The notes beneath the pieces are model-generated. The model did not search any database, was not told the origin of the DNA, and was given only the letters and a program-made list of their open reading frames with translations. A stretch of DNA of 64,000 bases from contig NC_068988.1 in NCBI RefSeq assembly GCF_001194135.2, positions 21,224,698 to 21,288,697 of the forward strand, in the 5' to 3' direction. This stretch comes from Octopus bimaculoides. Taxonomy: Eukaryota. Positions 50,892 through 64,000 of the stretch are shown here, piece after piece. Made by a program: the position numbers and the translations under genes. Numbering within the stretch: the stretch's first letter is position 1; every line of letters begins with the position of its first letter.

Positions 50892-53800
50892 AACTTTCAT
50901 CTTTTATAATCTAGTTGGCAGAGATTAGTGGGTTTGTTCGTTTTTTTTTTTTTTTTCCTCCCTATCTTTTCCTTTCTTCTATCATATTTTGTTCCTAAGG
51001 AACAGTCATAAAAACATTTCTAACATTTCTGTAGCTGAAACTATTGTACTTAAAGTATGTACTCATATTCTAAAGAGTACTGCTAGAATAATTCTTCAGC
51101 TTTTCCACTCCCACTTCTCTGATCTGTTGTATTTTCTATCTAGTCCTTCCCTTTGCCAATGTCTCATCTCTGCTGATAGATTCTTGGCACAGTTAATGTC
51201 TCTGAATTTGAATGTAAAATGATTACTTTCTCTCTCATCATTTTATCAACTTCACCTCTTTAACTAGTTTCTCCATCTTATTATTTCTTTATATTTGGAA
51301 GCTTTCACTAATATTTAAATTATTTCTTCTAGGTCATTACCTTTCCCTGTTTAAGTTTTATCTATAGTTGAGGGGAGTGAGTGAAGATACTCACCCATGT
51401 CAAAATCAATTCTGTATCATATCAAAAGTTAGTGAAATACATTTTAACAACTTCAATGCTTATGAAGGTAATTTTCTTACATTAAGTGCTATTTTTTTAT
51501 CCTTTAATACTGTACAAAGGAGTGATGAGAATGAATGTTTTACTAAAGGCAAACTGGTAAATTTTATAAGCTCCAATGTCAAAAGCTGTGATAGTTCCAT
51601 TTAACCCAAGCAAAATGGTTTCACTGACTTCTCACAAAACTAAAAACAAAAAAAATTTCTTTTTTGCCTTATTTGTCTAAGAATGATTTTTATATTTCTT
51701 TTTCTTGTCAAGCTGTTTGGTTTGCGTCATATTATCATTGTTATATTAACTCTAATTTTCATGTAATATAATTCTGTATTATATTTCAAAGTTTAAGAAT
51801 TGTTAAGACTATATCTAGGTAGCTTGCATTTTTATTTTGTTTCTTGCTTGCAAAGTGAACCATCACTTAGTTTTTTTTTCTGTTCCTTCTATAATTACTC
51901 ACCATGATTTTCATTCATGCAAATCATAGAGTTGTCATGATATTTTGTCCAACATCAAAGACTAGCTTCTGTTCATTTAGAGCCTGTTCTGGTTAAATGA
52001 TTTCTTCATCTTTATTCAGGCTGTTACATTATTCATCAACCCAGATTACTCTCCACATTTTCTCACAGCACAAGGTCCTACCTCTTCCCATATTAATGGT
52101 TTATTCCCGCTTCATAATTCTCTGTGGAATTGTTGGGTTTCAAGTGCTGTTCTAAATTGCCAAACACATTCTTTCTCACACATTTCTCTCTCTTTTCTCT
52201 CACACATACACACACACAAGTAATTTATTTTAATTTAATGAAATAGTCATTTACTCATTTCAATCATTGAAGGACAACTCCCTCCCTCCCTCTGTGTGTG
52301 TATGTGTTTTAATGTCCACTTTTCCATATTTGAATGTCTGTGGGTAACTTTGAAGGCACAGAAATATGTGACTTTCTGTCTTGTACATTTAAATGCACAT
52401 ACGAAAAAAAAAAAAAAAATCTAAAAAAGATGTTCACGTGTAGGACTCAATAGAGATGATGGCTCCCAGTCGCCTGCTGTTTGAATGACATCTGCATAGA
52501 TAATTTCAAGAACACATTAATACAGATATTTAAAAATCATCATTAATATCAACTTAAGAATCATCAAAATCAAAGGGGAAGGTTTCTCAGTCATTGCTCG
52601 ACTTACTAAAATATCAGTTAAATCTCCTAACCACCTTCTACCATCATTGAATGGATAAATAAACTCGACTGCAAAAGACAGTATAATATACTCCTTGATA
52701 CACTCCGAAAATGAGGTGAGATTAGATGATGATGATGATGATAGCTTGATTACAATTACAACTCCTACTGACAAGCTCTACCCTTAGAGAAAGCCAAATA
52801 TAAAATTATATTATACATTATTAGAAACTTTAACCGTTTGTCCATACCTCAAAAATGTACTTGGCTATAGATATCAGCAGGAGATTGTTGAACCTATCTT
52901 TTGTGCGAAATAGAATTATTCCATAGATTATTCAAATGGTACTTTGAGAAAAATTGGTTTCAAAGGAAAATCAAAATATTTTTTTTAGTTGTTTCAGTCT
53001 TCAGTTGAACAAACTGACCTCAGGACTTATTCTTTGTAAACCTAGTGCTTACTCTATCAGTCTCTTTTGCTGAACCATTAAATTACAAGGACGTAAACAC
53101 ACCAACATCGGTTGTCAAGTGATGGTGGGAGGACAAACACACACACATATATACATACATACAGGCTTCTTTCAGTTTCCGTCTACCAAATCCACTCACA
53201 AAGTTTTGGTTGGCTCGAGGCTATAGTAGAAGACACTTGCCCAAGGTGCCATGCAGTGGGACTGAACCCAGAATCATGTAGTTGGTAAGAAAGCAGCTTA
53301 CCACACAGCCACTCCTGCGCCTATATATAGAATAAAGTTCACAGAAAATTAAATAAAACAAACAATCTGGTTGAAAAACTTTTGCCAGGTCCTGTCCATT
53401 TACTGCAGTCATTCAAAGAGTCCACCAACCAGACAATTCCCATAGAGACTTCTCTCTTGACCATAAACATACTGAGAGTTTATGCTGCTATATACTCTGC
53501 CATTTGCAGCATTTTGTTTCCCGAACTATTGCAATACATCCAATAAAATGCATAATGGTGTTGGACTAAACCATCAGCTTTGAATAGATTAACGAACACG
53601 ACTTGCATTATATGGAATAGTTTTACTCTTTGTACATATTAATGTGCTTGTGTGTGTCTATGTATGTATATATGTGTGTGTGTGTGTATGTATGTCTATA
53701 TATACTCACACACATACACACTCAGATATTTATGGCTCGTGTACTCACTACGTCCTACAGAACTTGAAGCCTCCCTCTGTCTTTTTTTTCATCATTCTGC

Positions 53801-54294
53801 TACGCACTCTATACTTCTCTACCCTTCATTCATTCTGTGCCAAGGTCTGGAGCCACCTTCATTTTCCTTCCTGATGTAAAGTTAACACCATATTTGGTAA
53901 TTTCTTCAGTAACACCAACAATAACTGCAGCAGGACTTATTCTTTGTAAACCTAGTGCTTACTCTATCAGTCTCTTTTGCTGAACCATTAAATTACAAGG
54001 ACGTAAACACACCAACATCGGTTGTCAAGTGATGGTGGGAGGACAAACACACACACATATATACATACATACAGGCTTCTTTCAGTTTCCGTCTACCAAA
54101 TCCACTCACAAAGTTTTGGTCTCTCTCTCTTTCTTTCATTCATTCATTCATTCATTCATTATTTACAGCACAAGCCTGCACATTTCTTTGTGTGCCTGTG
54201 CATATGTGGTTGTATGTTTGTGGTCGTGTGTGTGTTGCTTATCCTTTATGACAGTGTATGTGTGTAAAGTAATTGACAAACAGAAGTGATTATG

Positions 54295-54341
<47 letters not shown>

Positions 54342-54879
54342 TGGGGGGGGGGCGGTTATGCAAGTAGTTGTCTCTGGTCATATTCATTTGTATATACCTT
54401 CTTGTAGCTGTCCTGTAAAAGTCATTCCTCACCTGTCAGCTTCACTTGTCAACATCACATCATTATAATTATTACAGAAAGCAGAAATAACTAGTTTGAG
54501 ATAGATGGAATGGCAGGCTCTCTGCAGCCTAATCACAAACATGGTTAACCATCAAGCTATGGATATGTAGTTCACAAAAGTTGTCTTGTTTCACCTATTT
54601 TAGTTTCAAATTGATGTTTATAAAGTCTAACATTATTATTGTAATTATAAATGATGATAATCCTTCGTACTAAAGGCACAAGGCCTGAAATTTTGTGGGA
54701 GGGGACTAGTTGATTACATCGATCCCAGTTTTTCGCTGGTATTTAACTTATCGATCCCGAAAGGATGAAAGGCAAAGTTGACCTCAGTGGAATTTGAACT
54801 CAGAACGTAAAGACGGATGAAATGCCACTAAGCCTTTTGCCCAGCATGCTAATGATTCTGCCAGCTCACCATCTTTATA

Positions 54880-54919
<40 letters not shown>

Positions 54920-56770
54920 TGTTGTGCATTGACAGAATCATAAATGGTGGCCAAAATACATTGTAGTATTGAATTATGGCTCTTTGCATTCTGTGTTCAA
55001 CTCCTGTCATGGTCATCTTTGTTTTTTCATTCTTCTGGGGTTAGTAGAGTATCAGTCAAGTACTGCAGTTGACATGATGGACTGTTCCCTTTCCTCAAAT
55101 TTGAGACCCTATGGCCGTGTAAGAAATTGCTATTATTATTGAAGTGGCAAGCTGGAAAAATCATTAGCACTTTGGATGAAATGCTTAGCAGTATTTCTTG
55201 CTACTCATTGCGTCCTGAGTTCAAACGTCGCTGAGGTTGACTTTGCCTTTCATCCTGTTGGAGTTGATTAAATAAGTACCAGTTAAACATTGGGGTTTCA
55301 GACCTTGTGCCTATAGTAGAAAGGATTATTATTAATATAATGAAGGCAGCAAGCTGGCGGAATCGTTAGCATGTTGGGTGAAAGGCTTAGCAATATTTCA
55401 TCGTTGCTACATTCTGGGTTCAAATTCTGCCGAGGTCGACTTCGTCTTGCTTCTTTTTGGGGTTGATAAATTAAGTATCAGTGAAACACTGGGGTTGATG
55501 TGACCAGCTAGTCTCCTCATCTCCCAAAATTTCAGGCCTTGTGCTTATAGTAGAAAGGATTATTATTATTGTTGTTCTAAGATTGACTCCCAATATAGGA
55601 GCAAGGTTTGCAATTTTGAGCATGAATATTGTTGTAGACTAGGATAATTGCATCACTCACCTGGTACTTTATTCTATCAATCTCAGAAAGAAAAACTGAG
55701 TTGATCTTGATGGCGTTTGAACTCGGACTGTCAAGGTACACAAGGCACTTTGTCATTCTCTTGATTCTTCCAGTTTTGTTCATGAATATTTATTACTAGG
55801 GAGTAAAAAGTTACATGTAAAAATCTAACAGTTTGCATTTCTTTGTTGGATACCAGTGGTCAGTTTTTGGTAAGAAGCATATATACACCATGTGGACAAG
55901 CCTCTTGCCCTTGCCTCCCACATAATTGGTACTATGTAAATCCTGCCTGGGTTGACTTTAGAAGTCAATGAAATAAAGAGCTGTCAAATCTTAGGGGTCA
56001 GTTTTCTGTTGACTGTCCCACCGTTTCTCCATAAATGTAACCTTCTACTGCCTACATGAGTAAATCATCATCATCATCATCGTTTAACGTCAGCCTTCCA
56101 TGCTGGTATGGGTTGGACGATTTGACTGAGGACTGGTGAAACCGGATGGCAACACCAGGCTCCAATCTAATTTGGCAGTTTCTACAGCTGGATGCCCTTC
56201 CTAATGCCAACCACTCAGATTATGGAAAAGAAAGTGGTAGATTGATTGGAATTGGTGGAGCTTTAAGTATTTTTATTTGCACCCTTTTGTATTCTTGGTT
56301 CAATTCCTGCTGAGGTTGACTTTGCCTTTCACTCTCTTAAGTTTGGTAAAATAAAGGACAAGTGAAATAACGGTGTCAGTTTGACCGACTAAGTCCCTAC
56401 CCTACAAATTTGTGGCCCTGTGCCATTGTGAGAAATTATTAGGCTGGAAGAACTACAGAACTGGTAGAACATCAGATTAAATGCTTTTGCAGGGTTTAAA
56501 CATGTTTCTATTTTCTGAGTTCATTCCCCACTGAGGTCAACTTTGGACCAATAAAACAAAGTACCAGTTGTAAACTGGGGTTGATTAAGTCAACTAGTTT
56601 CCTCTCCCTCCCTCAAATCTTATAACATTGTCATCCGTTATGGCATTTCTGTGTTTTATCTTATCAAATGCTTGCCCTCCACTTCAGAATGGGATGGTCA
56701 GTTAGTTTTCCTGTGACAATGTTAGTGCAAGAGTACTCAGTAAAGACTGGCAAACTGAACCAGCCTCCCA

Positions 56771-56816
<46 letters not shown>

Positions 56817-57386
56817 TTGAGACTCAGTCCTTTAGTTGGGTAATTCCAAAGGGATAGGTTGGCAGAGATAGTTCTCATTTCACAGCTTAGAGTCTCTATT
56901 TATTGCAAATGAGTTCACTCATACTCTCTCTCCACAGCTCCCTGCTTGGTATAAATGACCCTTTATAATTCATACCTTGTCTTTCATATCCTCTTAGTAC
57001 GGAAGTTAGCAGTCAAGAGGTAGAAGTAAATTTATTGAACTAAGTTACTTTATCTTGCCCATTTAGTTTATCTGTTGTTGATGTTGTTATTGTGGTGCAG
57101 TGACTGTAAAGGTGGTGCATTTAGTTATGTTCTTTTTAAACCTCCCACCACCGAGGAAACTCAGTGAATATATAATTTTATCATGCAGTCATTGTAGTTT
57201 CACTTTAAAAGTAATCAATTGCTTCTCAGCGAATAGCCATAGTTAATTAGCTGACTGGCTTTACTTCTTCAACTGGGCTATAAAACAATATAAGAGATGG
57301 TAGGTGGGGTTGTAAAGAAAAAGGAAGGTTAGATTGGTGTGACCATGTGTTAGCTATGTGACAGGTGGTGAGAATGTGTGAGCCTG

Positions 57387-57424
<38 letters not shown>

Positions 57425-57860
57425 AATGATCTTTGTATATATTGGTATATCGCAGTTGGACATGACTGATACAATTTAATCATGAAAATGATGTTATGGT
57501 TTACAGGCTGCCTATTTTGTTGTTTGTATTTTTGTTTACTTCAACTGACAAATAAAATATAAAACCCTGAATTATTCCTTGGCTTGGTTGTCCTTTCTTC
57601 ATCATCATCATCATCATCACCATCATTGTCGTTTAACGTCCGCTTTCCATGCTAGCATGGGTTGGACGATTTGACTGAGGACTGGTGGACCAGGAGGTGA
57701 CACCAGGCTCCAATCTGATTTGGCAGAGTTTCTACAGCTGGATGCCCTTCCTAACGCCAACCACTCCGAGATCTTTCATTTAAAAAAAAAAATATTTATT
57801 CTTTATTCTGCTGTTTGACATTTTCGTTGTGTAAAGAAGTGCTGATCACTTAAAGTGGAC

Positions 57861-58110
57861 GACACTTGTGCAAGAGGGAGACCCAGGAAGATATGGGATG
57901 AAGTATCGAAGGTTGACCCCAAAATGCTGAGTCTCATGAAGATGACAAAGGACTGAGATACATGGTGCAGTGCTGTACTCAAGAAGACCCACTCACCTCA
58001 GTAAAATTTCTCCACGAGAGCAGAATGGGCAGTGCTGGTGTTACCTAAAAAAAACACTGGTGATGGTGCCATGTAAAAAGCATCCAGTACACTCTGCAAA
58101 TAAAGATGAG
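57861..58110 (+). mobile_element. RTE-clade LINE 3' fragment
   Basis: DTCARGRPRKIWDEVSKVD...DTWCSAVLKKT, the typical RTE ORF C-terminus. Confidence 0.75.
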
Positions 58111-58181
58111 TTAGAACTCCTTGGTCAGATTTGTCACACGTTTAGGACACCGCTGCATAACTTGTGATTTGAAGGAGTGTA

Positions 58182-58441
58182 TTAACCCATTCAGTGCCAA
58201 ATTTTTTAATTCTTACTTTTTGGCTTAAGAGTTAAAATATAGTATTTAAATTTTCTTCATATGTGAATTATTTTGGAAATTATAAATTTTTCGAAAACTT
58301 CCAAAAGGGTATTGTTAAAAAGAATAAAAAAAAAAAAGCATATTTATCCTTTTCTATTCAATTGTAAGAATAAACGTTTAAAGTTTTTTTTTTAAACTAT
58401 AGTATCAAATGCGAATGTGTATGAAATATCAATGAATGATA
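58182..58441. mobile_element. Possible piggyBac-type element left end (other end in gap)
   Basis: TTAA|CCCATTCAGTGCC followed by AT-rich sequence running into the N gap. Confidence 0.35.
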
Positions 58442-59399
58442 NNNNNNNNNNNNNNNNNNNNNNNNNNNNNNNNNNNNNNNNNNNNNNNNNNNNNNNNNNN
58501 NNNNNNNNNNNNNNNNNNNNNNNNNNNNNNNNNNNNNNNNNNNNNNNNNNNNNNNNNNNNNNNNNNNNNNNNNNNNNNNNNNNNNNNNNNNNNNNNNNNN
58601 NNNNNNNNNNNNNNNNNNNNNNNNNNNNNNNNNNNNNNNNNNNNNNNNNNNNNNNNNNNNNNNNNNNNNNNNNNNNNNNNNNNNNNNNNNNNNNNNNNNN
58701 NNNNNNNNNNNNNNNNNNNNNNNNNNNNNNNNNNNNNNNNNNNNNNNNNNNNNNNNNNNNNNNNNNNNNNNNNNNNNNNNNNNNNNNNNNNNNNNNNNNN
58801 NNNNNNNNNNNNNNNNNNNNNNNNNNNNNNNNNNNNNNNNNNNNNNNNNNNNNNNNNNNNNNNNNNNNNNNNNNNNNNNNNNNNNNNNNNNNNNNNNNNN
58901 NNNNNNNNNNNNNNNNNNNNNNNNNNNNNNNNNNNNNNNNNNNNNNNNNNNNNNNNNNNNNNNNNNNNNNNNNNNNNNNNNNNNNNNNNNNNNNNNNNNN
59001 NNNNNNNNNNNNNNNNNNNNNNNNNNNNNNNNNNNNNNNNNNNNNNNNNNNNNNNNNNNNNNNNNNNNNNNNNNNNNNNNNNNNNNNNNNNNNNNNNNNN
59101 NNNNNNNNNNNNNNNNNNNNNNNNNNNNNNNNNNNNNNNNNNNNNNNNNNNNNNNNNNNNNNNNNNNNNNNNNNNNNNNNNNNNNNNNNNNNNNNNNNNN
59201 NNNNNNNNNNNNNNNNNNNNNNNNNNNNNNNNNNNNNNNNNNNNNNNNNNNNNNNNNNNNNNNNNNNNNNNNNNNNNNNNNNNNNNNNNNNNNNNNNNNN
59301 NNNNNNNNNNNNNNNNNNNNNNNNNNNNNNNNNNNNNNNNNNNNNNNNNNNNNNNNNNNNNNNNNNNNNNNNNNNNNNNNNNNNNNNNNNNNNNNNNNN

Positions 59400-59614
59400 T
59401 TTGAATTACAGGCACAACAGAAACAGGAAGTAAGAGTGAGAGAAAGTTGTGGTGGAAGAGTACAGCAGGGTTCGCCACCATTCCCTGCTGGAGCCTCGTG
59501 GAGCTTTAGGTGTTTTCGTTCAATAAACACTCACAACGCTCGGTCTGGGAATCGAAACCGCGATCCTATGACCGCGAGTCCGCTGCCCTAACGACTAGGC
59601 CATTGCGCCTTCAC
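59400..59614 (-). mobile_element. tRNA-derived SINE, family A, 5' half (rest in gap)
   Basis: Reverse complement of the head and first part of the body; cut by the N gap 58442-59399. Confidence 0.88.
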
Positions 59615-59680
59615 TTTGTGGTTGTTAGACCTACGATATATTTATCGTAGGTTTAACAACCACAAAGTGAAGGCGCAATG
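59601..59680. repeat. 38-bp inverted repeat with 4-nt loop
   Basis: Arms 59601-59638 and 59643-59680, one G/T mismatch. Confidence 0.95.
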
Positions 59681-60499
59681 TATATCCCTCAGTATATCCC
59701 TCAGATCACGACCTACAGTCAGTCTTTAAAAGAAGACAAAAAAAAGTGAAGAAAAAGGGGAAAAATAAAGCGAAGAAAAAGAAATAAAGGACATATTTGA
59801 TAATGGAGTTCTGATTAGACAATGCCTGAAGAAAAACGATGAGATAGTCAAAACTGGGACGCCTTAGACTATAGATTTTCTTGATCGGGACTGATTTGGG
59901 GCTAAACAATAACTCTCTCTGTGTAACACCCCTCCATACACATGAAATGGTAAAAAAATGTCAATTCATAACGGGAGGAGGTGGGAGACACTGTAAAGGG
60001 AGATAACACATCAGTTGTTCAGAATGTCCCGTATTGTCTAACATCATGATGAGTATTTGCACCATTTTCTAAAGCAGATAGTTATCAACTGAGAATAGTG
60101 ATTATTAGGAGTTTCACCAGAACATAAAGTCAAGCACTACGTGATATAACATACATATTCAGTTTAGATTCCTGGGTCAATTACTTTTATGAATTAATCA
60201 AAGCTGAAAAATATTCAGCTGTAATAAACAAGGGAAGCAATTCCTGTTAATAGATTTCTTAATTATCGACCTTGAAGAGATGTTTCCCGTTTTGTTATAA
60301 ACCACAAATACGTACGCATGGTGAAGACAAATCGCTTTAAGTATCATGAGAAGTACTTTTTTTTTTATCGACCCTAGAAGGATTAAAAGTGGGATTTAGA
60401 GGACTAAATTTGAAGACAGAAAGCTCTTGCGCTCTAGTGATTCTACTATCCGTTGGCTTTGATAATAATTTTTCCTGTCACAACCAGATTTTTGTTTGA

Positions 60500-62400
60500 T
60501 GACGTTACGAAGAAAGTAGTTTTTGCCGATTTAATTAATCGAGACAATTGAGTGGTACTCTAGTAGAACGCGTACTTTCCACAAAATGCGGAAGAATAGA
60601 TGTTCTTGTCCGATCAGATACGAACCGGGTCTCGGCACAATGGTCAGGCGGTAATAAATGACGGAGACAATGTAGGTGTTCACTACGTCTACCCGACCTT
60701 TCAGGAAAAGCTTCATATCAGATCATTTCTGGTGATAATGGCCATCCCAGTTTTTGTCTATCCGAAGATCTGGAACAAACAGGACACCTAATAATTTAAT
60801 CGTCTAGCTCTCCACGATACTGTTGGACGGCATGAACCTGCTTCACTAGATATTTTGCTGCAGATCCACCAAATTTTCCGAGTTAATTTTAGCTGCTGTC
60901 ATCGCATCGTAGTCTTTTAAAGCGGTGACGATTAACCAGATGTGGTTGATGTCCGACACTATGGTGGTGTCATCATCCGCATTTCCCGACACAAATATTC
61001 TGCATCTAGTTCATGTTTTGCAGGTAGCCCTAGAGTTAATACATAGAAAAGAGACGACAGAGATCAATCTTGACGGTCCGAGTGTATAAAAGGGAACATT
61101 TCTGCTAAGAGACCGTATTCTCTTACTTCCGAACAGATGTCCCATTGCAACGATCCAGCCCTCGAGAAGGGGATCGCAATGGATTGCTGCGAAGACAACT
61201 GTTAAGTATTGGTGATCGATCTTATTGGAGACTTTTGATTGAACAAAATAGATCGATGTCGCATCACGTTCGTTAGCTAGCCTGTCTATGACATATTGCT
61301 TAAAGTGGCGGTTATGATAGATAGATATGTTCAGAATGGAGCATATCTAAACATCACCGATGACAAATGCCCATCTCTTCGCTAACCCCTTTGCAAAAAG
61401 TTTGAAATCTGCATTTTTCAGAATTATGGACCGAAAAATATCATATGCCCCCTCCATTCGTATCTCTCAATTGTAACACCACTCCTCGGCTGACAGAAAT
61501 GGGAATCCTCCCTTTGTGCTTCCTGTTTCGAGAGACGTCTGCTAAGGGGTCATCGAGCAAGTTTGGCATATCAGTGTACAGTTCGTAATGTAGACTATTC
61601 AAACCAAAGCGATTTACCTGTCGTGAAGTTAATCATCGCTAACTGTATTTCAGTGGCTGTTAATAGCTTTTCACATCATTCCACTTCTGCCCCCGAAAAT
61701 TGCGGCAGACCATCGAAGTAGGCACTGAAGTTCACCACTCGTCTCGAACACCCGAGCGAAGTGCCGCTGAAAAGCCGCGCATTTCAACTCAAAATGGAAT
61801 AGCATGCATTTTTCATGGCCCGCCAAAGCCCGAATAGTGGTTATGTTGCGATTCCACCAACCAGGCCCTTCGAATGACTTTCGTCCCTCCGTGTCTTAGA
61901 GAACGCGCCTTAGCTCTGGCAAATCACCCGTGTTGCAAGCATATTGGTCGATATATTTTTAAGCGCCTCTTCGTTTCCTTTATGTTATACTTGCTCCAAC
62001 TTCCATAAAATTTATAGCACGTTACAAATTCTCTCCCCTTATTACCATATCTTTTTCTAGAGATACTGGAAGAAGTCGTGGAGAAATTCGTTGGAAAAGA
62101 AATAACTGACCGCAAGGTTTTCAGTCTTCTTTTATCTCTTTCATCATAGGCACCAGACATATAAATATTGCCAAACGTTTCTTGTGAAAAGAAGGTGGCA
62201 AGGGAACTTTCACTATAGAACCAATGGACAACCGGAAGCTCACAAGAAGGTGAGTTGTAGACGGTCAACAAGAAGGCGTCGGTCGTCTTTCGTTTTCTCT
62301 GCTGTATCTTGGCGGATTGAGACGGTCGGGCGCGGCTGTTTGGACGGTGGCGATTTGGCGCAGCTGACTGCACATCGGACTTGTTTTTGTGACAGAAATT
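60500..62400 (-). mobile_element. Degenerate Tx1-clade (L1 group) LINE ORF2 fragment
   Basis: Minus-strand pieces LKGRVDVVNTYIVSVIYYRLTIVP, a GNADDDTTI motif (YADD-like) and FRSIIL/NADFK-like RT motifs; many frameshifts. Confidence 0.8.
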
Positions 62401-62469
62401 TTTAAGCACTGGATGCAAACACATGCACACATCTACACATGCACAGAAAAATACACAAAGTGTATGTGC

Positions 62470-62511
<42 letters not shown>

Positions 62512-62623
62512 GGGTAGAAATATAAATAAAGTGAGAGAGAGAGAGATGGTAAAGAGAGAGAGTGAAATAGGGAAGAGAGAGAGAGAGAGGAGAAAGAGGG
62601 GAGAAAGAGAGAGTGAGGGAAAT

Positions 62624-62665
<42 letters not shown>

Positions 62666-63960
62666 GGACGGACAGGACGAGCAAGACATTGAAATGTCTG
62701 GTATCAAATAAATCTGTGTTAAACCAGCGACGCCAAATAGATGGGACCAAAACGGCTGTACCAAAACGTCTCATGTCCTGGTATTCGAACTCGTCACGAA
62801 CCAGCAGTGTCCCTCAATAAAACTGCCTAGCCAAACGACGGGGGAACCTCTACATCGTTGCTCGACTTACCAGAATTAGTAACCAAATCTACCTCAAGTC
62901 ACATCTTATTGTTTTTTTATATGCCCGGAAAAAATATATACCGGAATGGCCACAATTTGAACGACAGAAAAAAAAAAGAACCCTAAAAGTTTCTAGAAGT
63001 TGGCTGTTATGTTCGATCTGGAAATGCTCCCGGTGAGACTGTGTAATGTATCCTTGCCGACGCTCAGGGTAACTTCAGGCCATTGAATTCATGTTTTAAT
63101 ATAATGTGTTCTTGTAGACATTTAGACTAACTCAAGGCCGTCGCTGCTCATGACTCAATAAAATATATGTCGTTGTTGACAATCAGAGTAACCTCGGGCC
63201 ATTGTCGTTCATCTCTTAATGATAGTGATAATAATATTGGCTTAACGATGACGGCCACGACGACCATGATGGCAGTAATGACGACGACGACGATGATGAT
63301 GATGATGATGATGATAATGATGGTGGTAGTGGTGGTAGTGGCAGCGAGGGGGGATGGTAATAAGTAAGGGGATTATGGAGAAATCTTATTCACTGAGAGA
63401 CAATGATGAAATCCAAGTTGTCCAGATTATTTAAGCAATTCTTAAGAGTTGTAATTATAAAATTCTTATTGAGAAGTTTAAAATTAGGAATCCTCATAAA
63501 AGAAGATTTTGTCATGAGATTTTGGAATTTAATTCTTGCTTCAGGGTTAAATATTACACTGCAGACCAAAGCAAGTTGGTTAAAGCACACACACACACAC
63601 ACACACACAATATGCATTCATACATATAAAACAGACATGGCAAGTTTACTGATAAGAAAATATTGGTACTATATTAATGCAACTATAGATGCAGCTCTCT
63701 CTCTTTCTCTCTATTCTTCCTCTTTCTCCCTCTCTTTCTCTCTCTCTCTCTTTCTCTTTATCCATCCTCTCACTCTCTCTCTATATATATCTACATAGGC
63801 GCAAGCGTAGCTGTGTGGTAGGAACTTTGCAGCCCAACCACATGATTCTGGGTTCAGCCCCACTGCATGACACTTTAGGTAACTGTTTTCAGCTATAGCC
63901 TCGGGCCAACCAAAGTCTTGTGGGTGGATCTGGTAGGCGGAAACTGAAAGAAGCCTGTCG

Positions 63961-64000
<40 letters not shown>

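Noticed and set aside
58397-59530. 322-377 aa ORFs
   Set aside because: N-gap artefacts joined to SINE sequence.

Overview
AT-rich, repeat-dense animal genomic DNA with assembly gaps. The SINE/LINE/MITE repertoire looks like octopus (inference). One protein-coding gene is well supported: a + strand nudE (NDE1/NDEL1 co-ortholog), with six internal exons between 2604 and 26665 (742 nt, about 248 aa) whose phases join cleanly. Its first coding exon appears to lie upstream of the window. The 3' end is unusual: no canonical 'ALESKLAxCRN' exon is visible. Instead there is an Ala-stop exon with an in-frame relic of that motif (26.8 kb), a phase-consistent chain of candidate exons (39.1-42.7 kb) and a dual-frame terminal exon candidate (50.5 kb). 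The introns hold a miniature LTR element (TRIM-like, 5-bp TSD), a nearly full-length dead mariner, a Helitron helicase remnant, Tx1/CR1/RTE LINE fragments, piggyBac-type MITEs, several modular tRNA-derived SINE families and microsatellites. Several local copy events are also visible: inverted 148 bp, direct 190 bp, tandem 111 bp and a 38-bp foldback. Most ORFs in the supplied track are repeat or N-gap artefacts. Repeat boundaries are approximate unless a TSD or TIR is quoted.
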